Shown in pieces: positions 16,086 to 25,294 of a stretch of 38,026 nt of DNA. Location: positions 1 to 38,026 of IMG/VR virus record IMGVR_UViG_3300029267_002855. One strand, 5' to 3'. Source of the DNA: a virus. A model generated the notes under the pieces. The model did not search any database. It was not told the DNA's origin and saw only the letters and a list, made by a program, of their open reading frames with translations. Made by a program: the position numbers and the translations under genes. Each line of letters opens with the position of its first letter. Positions within the stretch are counted from its first letter, which is position 1.

Positions 16086-16925
16086 TTACCTTCTCTGTTG
16101 TTGAACATTAAAGGCTGGTTGATTACCAATTTGATATTGTTGCACGCCTTGCCTATAACGCTGTTGATTATATTGATTAAATATATCTGCAACATTTTGT
16201 CCACGTTGTTGTTGTTGTAAATAATCTTGTTGAGCCAAACCTTGCTCACCTCGACCTAACCTACCAATAAACTCATCTAATTCATTTTGAGCTTGTCCTT
16301 GTCCAGCCGCCAATCTCCTACCCTCTATATCCGTAATAGCATTTTGCCGTGCATAGTTTGTAAGTGCTTGTAATTGATTTTGACCTGTTTGTTGCGCTCT
16401 ATTCAAATATAAATCCTGAAGCGCTCCCGCCACATTTGAAGACCCATACCCTAATCGTCTTCCCATTTGACTTTGATAAGCACCAACATCTTGTTGATAA
16501 CCTCTTTGGCCTGCCTCTTGCATGTTCCTTAGTATGGCTGGCAAACCCCTTAATGGCTGTGCTGGATCTACATTTTCAACCTGAGCAGGTACGCCCGCAG
16601 CAATACCACCTGCTTGTCGCATCCTAGCTTCCTGAGGTTGTACTATATTTTGCCTGTTTTGCAAATAAGCAAGTCCCTGTTGAAGATTTTGCTTTTGCAA
16701 CTCATAGGCCTCCGGCGTCACATTCATTTGTGATAGCGTACGATTCCTTTGATATTGATATGGATTTTTCCATTGCTTATATTTATCAATGCCATATGCA
16801 CCAGCCCTTAACGCATAAGGTAGCGCCTGCAATGTAAGCCCCGCCCCAATTAACCATGGATTAGCTGTGGCAACGCCAGCCGTAGTGGCCGCACCGCCCC
16901 AACTCAGTGGATTATACCATGCCAT
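16086..16925 (-). CDS. Internal virion / ejection protein (279 aa), Q-rich
   Basis: Hydrophobic G/A-rich N-terminus (WGGAATTAGVATANPWLIGAGLTLQALPYAL) followed by a Q/N/R-rich body. It is the first gene after the nozzle (with the opposite-strand insert between). Confidence 0.55.
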   Translation of the reverse strand: MAWYNPLSWGGAATTAGVATANPWLIGAGLTLQALPYALRAGAYGIDKYKQWKNPYQYQRNRTLSQMNVTPEAYELQKQNLQQGLAYLQNRQNIVQPQEARMRQAGGIAAGVPAQVENVDPAQPLRGLPAILRNMQEAGQRGYQQDVGAYQSQMGRRLGYGSSNVAGALQDLYLNRAQQTGQNQLQALTNYARQNAITDIEGRRLAAGQGQAQNELDEFIGRLGRGEQGLAQQDYLQQQQRGQNVADIFNQYNQQRYRQGVQQYQIGNQPAFNVQQQRR

Positions 16926-16958
16926 AATCTTACTCCCAAAATATGATATATATATCTA

Positions 16959-16970
16959 AGAACATGTTCT
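16959..16970. promoter_or_regulatory. Perfect 12-bp palindrome AGAACATGTTCT next to a TATAAT hexamer (16975..16980), upstream of 17013..17471
   Basis: Read directly. The TATAAT lies 33 nt upstream of the ATG. No good -35 was found. Confidence 0.3.
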
Positions 16971-17012
16971 GTATTATAATAATAATAAGTTTAATAAATT
17001 GAGAGGAAAAAA

Positions 17013-17471
17013 ATGAAAACACAATATAATTATTTTGCATCTAAAGTTTCATACACTCCAAAACAAGAGGAATTAGTAGCTAATATCTTTGATAGATTTA
17101 ATCAATTAGTAGATATAGTTAACCTCAAACCTTTAGGTCTTTATGCGGATACCATTTTGCCCAGTGCGGAAAAATGGTATTTAAACGCTACAGCAAAGGC
17201 TCAAGGTGTTTTATATACGACTATAGACTGTGGAGCTTTGCCTAATACTGGAACTAAAAATGTCCCACACAATATACCTATAGTAGCAGGATATAAAATT
17301 ATTGAATTTTATGGGACAGCAACAGACCCAGCGGGCCTTTTTACAAGATCAATGATTGGTGATCCAAATATTAATATAATAATCAATCAGACTCATATTG
17401 TTATAACAACAACAGCCGCATTAGCTTCATATAGTGAATCACACCTAGTAATTAGATATATAACACCTTAA
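17013..17471 (+). CDS. Hypothetical protein encoded opposite to the structural operon
   Basis: 152-aa ORF preceded by GAGAGGA, then 7 nt, then ATG. Its stop TAA (17469..17471) overlaps the stop of the convergent 706-aa gene (17468..17470). Beta-rich. Confidence 0.65.
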   Translation: MKTQYNYFASKVSYTPKQEELVANIFDRFNQLVDIVNLKPLGLYADTILPSAEKWYLNATAKAQGVLYTTIDCGALPNTGTKNVPHNIPIVAGYKIIEFYGTATDPAGLFTRSMIGDPNINIIINQTHIVITTTAALASYSESHLVIRYITP

Positions 17472-19588
17472 ATATATTTTGCTGGTTCTGTATAAAGCAT
17501 TATTGCATTAATAGTTAGTTGTTGAAACGGTAAGTTATCATCAAGTGTTATATTAAGAGACTGTGACATTACTATAGCAACACTTTCAGCAGTACACGGA
17601 ATACATACATTATGCCATACACGACCTTGTCGAAGCTCTAATGGATCATAACCCTCAGTGTCTAATGTTCCATCTCCTGGATACAATTCATGAGCACTTG
17701 GTTGTACAGGTGCACCATTTGGCTGTAAATATACATCTAACTTACCATTAACAGTTGTTCGATTAACATTAAAAGCTATCTTATTTAAAGATAATCCATA
17801 ACCATTTTTCATATAAGGATTAAATTGCTTTGTCGCTATCAATTTAGTATCTATCGTTAATACATTAGCGTCTCCTGTATATGTAGTTTCATCTACAATA
17901 ACGACTGTATTATTAGTTACTCTTACAGTATTAGCATCAATCACTTCCTGAATGTGATATGAGCCATTTAATCCGTTTAATGCTGAATTAACAACCCTAA
18001 TTGATGAACTTCTAGCCACTAAATTATGATTATAAATAGTCAAACTAATATTGTCAGCATCAAGTCTATGTACATTAGTAATATGACATGAAATTCCATT
18101 TTTATAAGTAGCGGGTGCAGTCGTTAGTAATAAAGTATATCCTTGATGTGTTCCAATCATTGAAACCAACTTATTATATGGAACACCTGTATTACTATGC
18201 CCTAAAATACCAAGACTCATAAAATAATCATCGAATAATGAAAACGTATTATTTATATAATTATATATTATTGCACGTGTTGGATATCGATCATTAACAT
18301 TGGGAGCATACGGGATATACACTAAACCTTCATCTACATCATTATATATATTCCCGTTACGATATTCAGCAGATTCAAATGTATCTGCTATTTGCTGATC
18401 AATCTTATTAACGTTTTTCCCATCATAGACATATATTCCAAAATTATTAACAAACAATAAACTATTAGCAACCTTTGCTACACTATTTTTTTTCGCTCCT
18501 ACATTTGAATCTATAAGATTCCAAAGGAATGGATCTATAGGGTTTCCTGATGGAACCAACTCATAAATACTATTTTTACAAAAAATAATTAACCTATCAT
18601 TTAATATTTCAGCACAATTAATCTCTTCATTAACTGGCAAATCATAAAAACCTCCTTTATTTTTTGCTACTGTAGATTCATACCATGAATCTGCTGCAAA
18701 TACATTGCCTCCCTCACTATACCTAATCCTATTTTTAAACGCCCTTTCCTGTGGAGTTCCTGCGTATTCAACAGTATTCATCAAAAATAATCTACCTTCA
18801 TATTGCTTAATAACTTTACACCGTCTTATTGAAGTATCAGCAACATTGGAATAGTTTGGAATGAAATCTACAAAAGCATCTGTAGTGGAATTATAGTATC
18901 TTACTGGATCTGTATACTTAGCTATAAACAAATAAGCTGTAGTTGGATCAGGGGCACCCAATGCACCAAAGTAGTTTTCAGTTTGATATTCATAAAAAGC
19001 ACTGTCGGTCCATAGTGTATCACGCCCTATCCATCCTGGCCCATTAGCATTAGTAGGATCATATCTATAAGCAAACTCCTGATCAAATGCAAACTCTAAA
19101 ATATCTCCATGTTTATTGTATGCAGAGATATGCATTACTTTTGTTGATGGATACCAATATACAGGTGTACCAGGTGTTGCATTAACAATATTCACCACCT
19201 TAGTACCTACATTACAAGTTCCTGTAACTGCTGGATTAGTTGTCTTCATATCTCCATTGGCCTGCCATACAGTTAATGTAACCCCATCAACTGTAAACTG
19301 TTGTCCTATAGCAACGGTACCTTGATGAAAACTTGCAGCAGTCATTGCTAAATTACCTGTTACAAGATCTGTCGTACCTACATTCATTTTTAAACGTGAG
19401 CTTAATCCTGCCGCATCAGCAGTATTTAATAATCTTGGTGTAGGTCTCTGCTTTACTTTGCCTTTGTAAATATACATATTGTTTAATCCAGTAAATGCAT
19501 CTTCAGGCAGCATAAATGGAACTAAATCAGATTGCAAACCACGTGTAAATGGCGCTATTAAAAACTTATCCATGATAGTACCAGCCAT
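17468..19588 (-). CDS. Putative tail nozzle / tail tubular protein B-like (706 aa)
   Basis: Large beta-rich ORF directly downstream of the adaptor-like gene and upstream of the ejection proteins. The assignment is positional (compare T7 gp12, P22 gp10). An alternative start is M6 at 19573. Confidence 0.55.
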   Translation of the reverse strand: MAGTIMDKFLIAPFTRGLQSDLVPFMLPEDAFTGLNNMYIYKGKVKQRPTPRLLNTADAAGLSSRLKMNVGTTDLVTGNLAMTAASFHQGTVAIGQQFTVDGVTLTVWQANGDMKTTNPAVTGTCNVGTKVVNIVNATPGTPVYWYPSTKVMHISAYNKHGDILEFAFDQEFAYRYDPTNANGPGWIGRDTLWTDSAFYEYQTENYFGALGAPDPTTAYLFIAKYTDPVRYYNSTTDAFVDFIPNYSNVADTSIRRCKVIKQYEGRLFLMNTVEYAGTPQERAFKNRIRYSEGGNVFAADSWYESTVAKNKGGFYDLPVNEEINCAEILNDRLIIFCKNSIYELVPSGNPIDPFLWNLIDSNVGAKKNSVAKVANSLLFVNNFGIYVYDGKNVNKIDQQIADTFESAEYRNGNIYNDVDEGLVYIPYAPNVNDRYPTRAIIYNYINNTFSLFDDYFMSLGILGHSNTGVPYNKLVSMIGTHQGYTLLLTTAPATYKNGISCHITNVHRLDADNISLTIYNHNLVARSSSIRVVNSALNGLNGSYHIQEVIDANTVRVTNNTVVIVDETTYTGDANVLTIDTKLIATKQFNPYMKNGYGLSLNKIAFNVNRTTVNGKLDVYLQPNGAPVQPSAHELYPGDGTLDTEGYDPLELRQGRVWHNVCIPCTAESVAIVMSQSLNITLDDNLPFQQLTINAIMLYTEPAKYI

Positions 19589-20558
19589 ATGGATTAGACC
19601 ATGTTACTGAATTAAACAGTGTGGCTGGTGCCTGTTTAGATCTAGCTAAATCTGATTTTGTCATTACTAATGACTCTTGATATTCAAATTCAGCCATCAT
19701 ATTTTGTATGGCCTCAAAATTAGATAAATCTTCAAAGATTTTTTTAGCTGCTCCTAAAGCAATATACTGCCACCAAGATTCAATTGGGGGAGTATCATCA
19801 TTATTTACAAGAGCATCAGGTTTAATTCGTGCATTAAACTGTACCTCATACACTTCATCAGGTACTGGTCGTAATGTTAATGTATTGTCATAAAACAACA
19901 TAGCCTCTGGTTGTGAATAACTAAATGCATCAAACTCATAGGTGATTTTTTCATTAGCTGCTGGAGGGGCGCCAAATGTTACATCTAACACCCCAGTAAG
20001 ATAATTTATATCTCCTATATCAGTACCAGCCTGATCAAGCATATCACCTGTATTTGCTTCACGACCAAAAGCATCTGTCTCTGGAGAATCTCTTACAATT
20101 AAAGCCTCACCATTAGCATTTAAAGTACCAATAATAACTGAGTTATGTAGTACTTTATTTGGCAATGTATATGTAAAAGCAGTTGTTACGCCATCGCCTA
20201 TTCCTATTTCACCATGAAGTTTATTCATTGGATAAATAGCATAAAACTCTTCAGGCGATTGTGTGAAAAATATCTGATGCCCTGATACATATATAGGTTG
20301 ATCCATAGAGATAACCATGTCTTTAAAATCTTTTAAGTTTAAATCAAAATTACCTGTGGTGGTTTTATAAGCATCAACGTAGGGAGTTGTAGCAAACTTT
20401 ATAGTTTTATTCAAATCAAATGTTTGTATTCGATTTGGTAAATCTTCAGTCAAAAACGTATTAATATAAAGCAATAAATCTGCATCAGATATCTGAGTAT
20501 CTGTTGGCATTTTTGTGATCCGTCTCACTTTATTTTTTATATTTAAAAGTGTTGCCAT
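19566..20558 (-). CDS. Putative head-to-tail adaptor / tail tubular protein A-like (330 aa)
   Basis: The N-terminus L.NIKNKVRRI....TQISDADLLLYINTFL resembles connector/adaptor family N-termini. It sits between the capsid module and the nozzle. Confidence 0.5.
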   Translation of the reverse strand: MATLLNIKNKVRRITKMPTDTQISDADLLLYINTFLTEDLPNRIQTFDLNKTIKFATTPYVDAYKTTTGNFDLNLKDFKDMVISMDQPIYVSGHQIFFTQSPEEFYAIYPMNKLHGEIGIGDGVTTAFTYTLPNKVLHNSVIIGTLNANGEALIVRDSPETDAFGREANTGDMLDQAGTDIGDINYLTGVLDVTFGAPPAANEKITYEFDAFSYSQPEAMLFYDNTLTLRPVPDEVYEVQFNARIKPDALVNNDDTPPIESWWQYIALGAAKKIFEDLSNFEAIQNMMAEFEYQESLVMTKSDLARSKQAPATLFNSVTWSNPYGWYYHG

Positions 20559-20580
20559 AACAACTCCCTTAAGTTAATAG

Positions 20581-20964
20581 TTAATAGTTCATATTGCTAA
20601 ACCAAAACCTCTGAACCACAACTTCTTCATTACCAATTGGATTACCGTTACTATCAAACTTTGTTTTAATATCTGTATACGAACATCTATTTACATGATC
20701 AGCAACCTTCCTAGGTATAGTTGCTTCCTTATCATGATGTAATGTATAAAACCTTGCTGGAAATTTATCATCGGAATAACTAAACTTTATTTTTTTTCCA
20801 GGTGACTCTAGGTTCCTAAACGTACCTGTAACTAATTCATCGCCACGTTTAATAACTCCAGGACTAACAACCTCAACATCAGCCTCCTTAGCCTTAGGCT
20901 TTGTATCTAATGTTGCTTGTAAACTATTATCTGACTTCTTATTTTTATTTATTTTTTCAGGCAT
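20581..20964 (-). CDS. Hypothetical virion-module protein (127 aa)
   Basis: ORF with RBS AAGGAGA, then 5 nt (CAAAA), then ATG. No motif recognised. Confidence 0.5.
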   Translation of the reverse strand: MPEKINKNKKSDNSLQATLDTKPKAKEADVEVVSPGVIKRGDELVTGTFRNLESPGKKIKFSYSDDKFPARFYTLHHDKEATIPRKVADHVNRCSYTDIKTKFDSNGNPIGNEEVVVQRFWFSNMNY

Positions 20965-20981
20965 TTTGTCTCCTTAAACAC

Positions 20982-20999
20982 GGGGGGCAAAAACCCCCC
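20982..20999 (-). terminator. G6/C6 stem-loop after the 313-aa structural gene (attenuator or mRNA-stabilising hairpin)
   Basis: On the minus strand: GGGGGG-TTTTTG-CCCCCC, then GTGTTTAAGG. It is a pure G:C stem in an AT-rich genome with only a weak U tract. Confidence 0.4.
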
Positions 21000-21007
21000 T
21001 AACTCTA

Positions 21008-21949
21008 TTAAGTAAATGGACCTGCATCGGTCGTACCAGCTCTCCAATGTATAACATCATCTTCAGCTCCAGCAGGACCAGCAGCAGCAGTAGCGCCAGC
21101 CTTAAGCTCAAAACCTCTGAATGAATTGTTAGTAATTGGACCACTAATAGGCACAACTTGAGCATACGTTGGCAAGGTTACACCAGTCAATGGGAACGCA
21201 AATGCCGTATATGTAGTTGTGTTAAGATCAACTGTAATGGTATTTACTGTATCAGATGTTGTCTTTGCAAGCACCTCAACAGTTTTATCATTAGCCTCAA
21301 GCATACCAAATGTTTCTGGCACCTTAAGTTTAACCTTATCACCAACCTCAAAGCCATGAGCCACACTCATTGTAATAACAGCCTGAGCAGCCTGTGTAAT
21401 GTTAGTAATAAACCTTACACCTGGATACCAAACTTCAGGATATTTTACCTTATAAAAGGAACCTGTTGTTCCTGCTACAATTGTAGCCATAAACGGTAAA
21501 CTAAATGTTGTTCCGTTTAAATTCGTTATAGTAAAATCCATGCCATTCAATTGAGTAGCACCTGTTACACTAACAAATCTAACAATATCACCTGTAAGAT
21601 ATGTTGTAGCATCTGTAACAGTTACTTGTGGTGGCGTATCCGCACTCACTGCCGTCACAGTAGCATCCTTAGCACTTAAAGGATTATCATTAGTATTTAT
21701 TGCCGTAATACCTGTAGCAGCTAACAATGCTTGTGGAACCACAGCATCTATAGTTGCCTCACGCACATCACCAACACCATATTGATAGTTACCAGTCATA
21801 TTGGTATCCCAATATGATGTACACAATGTAGCATTAGTTGCCGTACGTATCTTTGTTAGGTTACGAATTTCAATCCAATCTGCACCAATAGGTACTTCCA
21901 AATATTTATCCTTACCGTCTGCGGTAAAGTATCCTTGTATTGTAGTCAT
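21008..21949 (-). CDS. Abundant-type structural protein after the MCP (decoration or head-fibre candidate), 313 aa
   Basis: T/V/A-rich beta protein. It has two similar segments (GDIVRFVSVTGATQLNGMDFTIT and GDKVKLKVPETFGMLEANDKTVEV). It lies immediately downstream of the capsid gene. Confidence 0.5.
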   Translation of the reverse strand: MTTIQGYFTADGKDKYLEVPIGADWIEIRNLTKIRTATNATLCTSYWDTNMTGNYQYGVGDVREATIDAVVPQALLAATGITAINTNDNPLSAKDATVTAVSADTPPQVTVTDATTYLTGDIVRFVSVTGATQLNGMDFTITNLNGTTFSLPFMATIVAGTTGSFYKVKYPEVWYPGVRFITNITQAAQAVITMSVAHGFEVGDKVKLKVPETFGMLEANDKTVEVLAKTTSDTVNTITVDLNTTTYTAFAFPLTGVTLPTYAQVVPISGPITNNSFRGFELKAGATAAAGPAGAEDDVIHWRAGTTDAGPFT

Positions 21950-21958
21950 ATTATCTCC

Positions 21959-22900
21959 TTACGATACTAGTAATGTTGCACGAGATCTTACCATATACGA
22001 CTCATTAAGGATCCTAGCAGCTTGTACCCATTTAACAGCACAAGTAAAGTTCTGACGTAGTGGATCAATTGGCGGATTGTAAAGGAACTCTGCATTGCCT
22101 TCAAGCTTAACTCTTATAGCACAATCTTTTGCTATAGTAATTATATTATATACTGTATTATCATTAACTGATTTAGCTGTATCTATAGAGCCTTGAGAGG
22201 ATACAAAGAACCTTGTATTATGTACATATCCATCTTCGGAGTTCAATATTCCATCTTGATTTGAATATTGAATTTTTTGAACATAATTAGGTATCATACG
22301 CAAATCATTAATGAGGTCTGTATGACATAATGCAAAATACGAATCACCTATTGGAGATGTTCCGTATTTATTTGTTCCAGTTTTACCACTAGAGATCCTC
22401 TTACCATCTGCACTACGCAAGGTTGTGTATGTCTTAGCAATATCAGCCGCAGTAATATTGGTAGGTTTATCACCATTAGTTCCATAGACACAGTCTTGGA
22501 ATGATGCAACACTTGCCAATACATCCCTGATGATTATATCATCAGTTTCTTGTGCAAATACACCAAGTTTTTCAGATGCAATATTTAATACAGGATCTTC
22601 ATTGGTTAATACAACCTGCTCATTCATAGGTATAAATGTACCATACCACTGTACCGGGGTTACAAGATCAACTTTATTAAGCAATTGACCTTTAGGTGTA
22701 GCACCCATATCACCAAGAGGTGTTTTATCTGGTACTAGTGGATCATACATACTATAAACAATTTGTTTACTATGGTTTCTGGGCAAAACTCTAGTTTCCA
22801 GCCCAATTCCATAGATTAAATCTCTAGTTCGAGCTTCAATCAACTTATAGCCATACATCTTAGCTACAGCTGGTTTCAAGTTATTTGTAGTTTGTAACAT
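21959..22900 (-). CDS. Major capsid protein, HK97-fold (N4 gp56-like family by motif pattern)
   Basis: 313 aa. The pattern LIYGIGLETRVLPRNHSKQIVYSMYDPL...TPLGDMGATPKGQLL..VDLVTPVQWYGTFIPMNEQV...LGVFAQETDDIIIRDVL matches that family as I recall it. It follows the scaffold gene. Confidence 0.75.
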   Translation of the reverse strand: MLQTTNNLKPAVAKMYGYKLIEARTRDLIYGIGLETRVLPRNHSKQIVYSMYDPLVPDKTPLGDMGATPKGQLLNKVDLVTPVQWYGTFIPMNEQVVLTNEDPVLNIASEKLGVFAQETDDIIIRDVLASVASFQDCVYGTNGDKPTNITAADIAKTYTTLRSADGKRISSGKTGTNKYGTSPIGDSYFALCHTDLINDLRMIPNYVQKIQYSNQDGILNSEDGYVHNTRFFVSSQGSIDTAKSVNDNTVYNIITIAKDCAIRVKLEGNAEFLYNPPIDPLRQNFTCAVKWVQAARILNESYMVRSRATLLVS

Positions 22901-22970
22901 AAACTACTCCTTTGAGTATTTATTAATAACATCAACCATGGAATTAGCGACGTTCCTTTACTGCTAAGTG

Positions 22971-23019
22971 GAGTGGCGTTCTCCGTACAACCATAGAGTG
23001 GCGAACTCTTATACAACCA
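22971..23019 (-). repeat. Two 23-24 nt direct repeats, each with a 4-bp mini-hairpin, in the leader of the capsid gene
   Basis: Plus strand: gagtggcgttctccgtacaacca (22971..22993) and gagtggcgaactcttatacaacca (22996..23019). On the minus strand: TGGTTGTA-N-(AGAG ttcgcca CTCT) and TGGTTGTA-N-(GGAG aacgcca CTCC). Confidence 0.7.
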
Positions 23020-23041
23020 ATTACAATATATTACATATGTT

Positions 23042-23088
23042 AAAAAAATTAAAATATGCTAGATAATTATTACAACTACCTAGCATAT
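23042..23088 (-). terminator. Rho-independent terminator between the scaffold and capsid genes
   Basis: 9-bp stem ATATGCTAG/CTAGCATAT (23054..23062 / 23080..23088), followed on the minus strand by TTTAATTTTTTT. Confidence 0.7.
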
Positions 23089-23106
23089 CTCCCGGAAAAC
23101 AGATCA

Positions 23107-23907
23107 CTAATCTCTATTGTTATATCTCTCTATAGCATCATCCATCTGCTTACGTAAAAACTTAGATACCTCTTCGGTATATCCATTAGCAAAGAGATTT
23201 GCATAGTTTAATTGAGAGTCAGCTGTCTTTGTTGGTGCTGCTGTTACTGCTGGCCGAGGTTTATTAAAATTATCTTCAATTGTTTTTTGAGTACTTTGGG
23301 TAACTGCTTTGTTAGCTTTTTCACTCATAAACTTTTTAATAAGTCTATAAGTAGCTTTGCCACGAGTATACAGTGGAGCTTGCCCTCTAACAATCTCCGA
23401 CATTTCAGGATATTGACCAAGTAACTCTTCAACATTTTTACTAGTTACAATATCATTAAAATCATTAAACTCTGATCGCAACTTTAAATCAGCAGTTGTC
23501 TCTTCATTGCGCATCTTCCATTCATTGACCTCTTGACGTAATCCTTCAACTGAATCATGTATGTGGTTTACATGCTTAGGCTCTACAAAATCATCTTCAC
23601 CAAGTCCTAACGCATTCCTTTGTTGCTGTGTTGGTTGTTGCTGAGGTTGCTGTACTTGAGGATTGTTTAAAGATTGAACATATCGCAACATTTGATCTCG
23701 TTCATATTCAGCACGCTCAGCACGCTCCTGCTCACGTTTTTTAGATTCCCTTAATAGTTTAATATTTTCATCAAGATCACCTTTAGGTTGCACTGGCTCT
23801 TGTTGTTGTGGCTCTTCAACTGGTTGAATGTCTTCTTGTGGCGTTTCATCTTGAGGAAGTTCAGTTGGTTGAATTTCCTGATTATCCATTGTTTCTTCGT
23901 TTATCAT
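23107..23907 (-). CDS. Putative scaffolding protein
   Basis: 266 aa. Acidic Q/E/P-rich N-terminus with helical charged composition. It lies immediately upstream of the MCP gene. Confidence 0.6.
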   Translation of the reverse strand: MINEETMDNQEIQPTELPQDETPQEDIQPVEEPQQQEPVQPKGDLDENIKLLRESKKREQERAERAEYERDQMLRYVQSLNNPQVQQPQQQPTQQQRNALGLGEDDFVEPKHVNHIHDSVEGLRQEVNEWKMRNEETTADLKLRSEFNDFNDIVTSKNVEELLGQYPEMSEIVRGQAPLYTRGKATYRLIKKFMSEKANKAVTQSTQKTIEDNFNKPRPAVTAAPTKTADSQLNYANLFANGYTEEVSKFLRKQMDDAIERYNNRD

Positions 23908-23909
23908 AT

Positions 23910-24434
23910 TTAACCCTCAATAATTAGATTTTTTTGATCTTTATTGTTTTCCGTAAATGCAAGTTTGGTATATGTACCATCATAATATTTTACAATATGC
24001 TCATATATATCTTTTTCATCTTCAGGTACTATAAGCACTATATTTTTATAATAATCACAAACAGTCCGATCAGGCACACACCATAAAAATTGTATCTCAT
24101 CTCCATCATTTACATACTTATATACAATCTGATCATGGAACGGAGACGGACAAGTGCGCCTTGCTGCAAATATATTCATATAAGCATCTGAAATAAGACG
24201 CTCTTTTTTTATCAGGACTTCAATATAAAAGTCACCATCAAAATGTTTTTTACCGTTAGCTACACATTGATTAATCTGTTCATCAAAATCATGAAGGTTG
24301 GCCATAACCTGATCTTCAACGCTATGTGTATTATATTTACGTAGATGATCAACAGAGGCAGCCTGCTCACCAACAGTTGGTCCCGTAGTATCCCGTAACT
24401 TAGTATATCTAACCCAATTTTTATGAATTTCCAT
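23910..24434 (-). CDS. Hypothetical head-module protein (174 aa)
   Basis: ORF abutting the scaffold gene (2-nt gap). No motif recognised. Confidence 0.5.
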   Translation of the reverse strand: MEIHKNWVRYTKLRDTTGPTVGEQAASVDHLRKYNTHSVEDQVMANLHDFDEQINQCVANGKKHFDGDFYIEVLIKKERLISDAYMNIFAARRTCPSPFHDQIVYKYVNDGDEIQFLWCVPDRTVCDYYKNIVLIVPEDEKDIYEHIVKYYDGTYTKLAFTENNKDQKNLIIEG

Positions 24435-24498
24435 ACATTTTTCCTTTTAATATGTTATCTTGTTAATGATATTAACACTTAAAATAGGAGGAACCAAA

Positions 24499-24750
24499 AT
24501 GAAAGTTGTTAATATATTACTCGCCACTCTATTGTTATCTTCTCCATTAACCTATACACAATACAAATATAAACGCCAACCCAAAAAGAGATATCAACGG
24601 ATGCACATCCAGAATAGACGTCGCCAACAACAAGAGGAAGCTACCTGCTGCACACCAACAAACGTCAAAAACGTAATAAAAATATCAGCGAGTCTAACAA
24701 AACTAGCCGTTACAGTATTATATAAGCTTATCCCTATCATAATAAGGTAA
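24499..24750 (+). CDS. Small secreted/membrane protein of the opposite-strand island
   Basis: Start moved to M14: AGGAGG, then 7 nt, then ATG at 24499. It has a signal-like N-terminus (MKVVNILLATLLLSSPLTYT), a very basic middle (KRQPKKRYQRMHIQNRRRQQQ) and a hydrophobic C-terminus. Confidence 0.65.
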   Translation: MKVVNILLATLLLSSPLTYTQYKYKRQPKKRYQRMHIQNRRRQQQEEATCCTPTNVKNVIKISASLTKLAVTVLYKLIPIIIR

Positions 24751-24754
24751 GGAT

Positions 24755-24783
24755 ATGTCCGGTGTAAAAGCCGGACATTTTTT
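24755..24783 (+). terminator. Rho-independent terminator
   Basis: TGTCCGG-tgtaaaag-CCGGACA followed by TTTTTTT. Confidence 0.8.
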
Positions 24784-24784
24784 T

Positions 24785-24814
24785 GTTGCATATCTACATA
24801 TAACCATGCTATAA
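24785..24814 (+). promoter_or_regulatory. Candidate sigma70-type promoter, TTGCAT-N18-TATAAC
   Basis: Read directly. It lies 31 nt upstream of the ATG at 24845. Confidence 0.35.
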
Positions 24815-24844
24815 CTTTTATATATATCCATAAAGGGGTTTAAA

Positions 24845-25294
24845 ATGAAACAAAGTTTGATATTATTGTTACTTATTTCACTAAGTGCCTGTGGAATGAA
24901 ACATGTACCAACGTGGTACGATGAAGATTATAAAAGAGCACGTAAATTCTTAAAGATAAGGAATAAGATGAAATTTGAGTTTAAAGATTTTCAAGGTATC
25001 AAAAACGCTGAATTAAAACTAACTAAAAACGATGGTGAAGATACATACAATGTTATTGTTAACTGTGACGGCAAAGATTGTATTCAATTCCTAACTGTGC
25101 CATCACAATATGTTAAAGAGGATCAAATTGACGATAAGGAAAAAAAGACCCTATCTGAGGAAGATAGCATTAAACTTGTTAAACATAGAGTCAATATTGT
25201 CCTATCACAACTAAGGCAATGTATTTTCACTGCAAATCTATATGGTGCAAAAATCGATGGGTTTATCGAACCTATCAAAAAAGATGAAAACTAA
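24845..25294 (+). CDS. Lipoprotein of the opposite-strand island (superinfection-exclusion-type candidate)
   Basis: MKQSLILLLLISLSAC provides a signal peptide plus lipobox L-S-A-C. 149 aa, with RBS AAAGGGG. Confidence 0.7.
   Translation: MKQSLILLLLISLSACGMKHVPTWYDEDYKRARKFLKIRNKMKFEFKDFQGIKNAELKLTKNDGEDTYNVIVNCDGKDCIQFLTVPSQYVKEDQIDDKEKKTLSEEDSIKLVKHRVNIVLSQLRQCIFTANLYGAKIDGFIEPIKKDEN

Noticed and set aside
16959-16970. AGAACATGTTCT as an SOS (LexA/Cheo) box.
   Set aside because: The half-sites are GAAC/GTTC but the spacer is 2 nt, not the 4 nt of the Cheo box. It does not fit CTGT-N8-ACAG either. It is kept only as a generic operator-like palindrome.
20974-21165. 63-aa ORF rich in Leu, overlapping the end of the 313-aa structural gene.
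   Set aside because: It overlaps a well-supported gene in another frame and spans the G6/C6 hairpin. Its composition is low-complexity. It is a shadow ORF.
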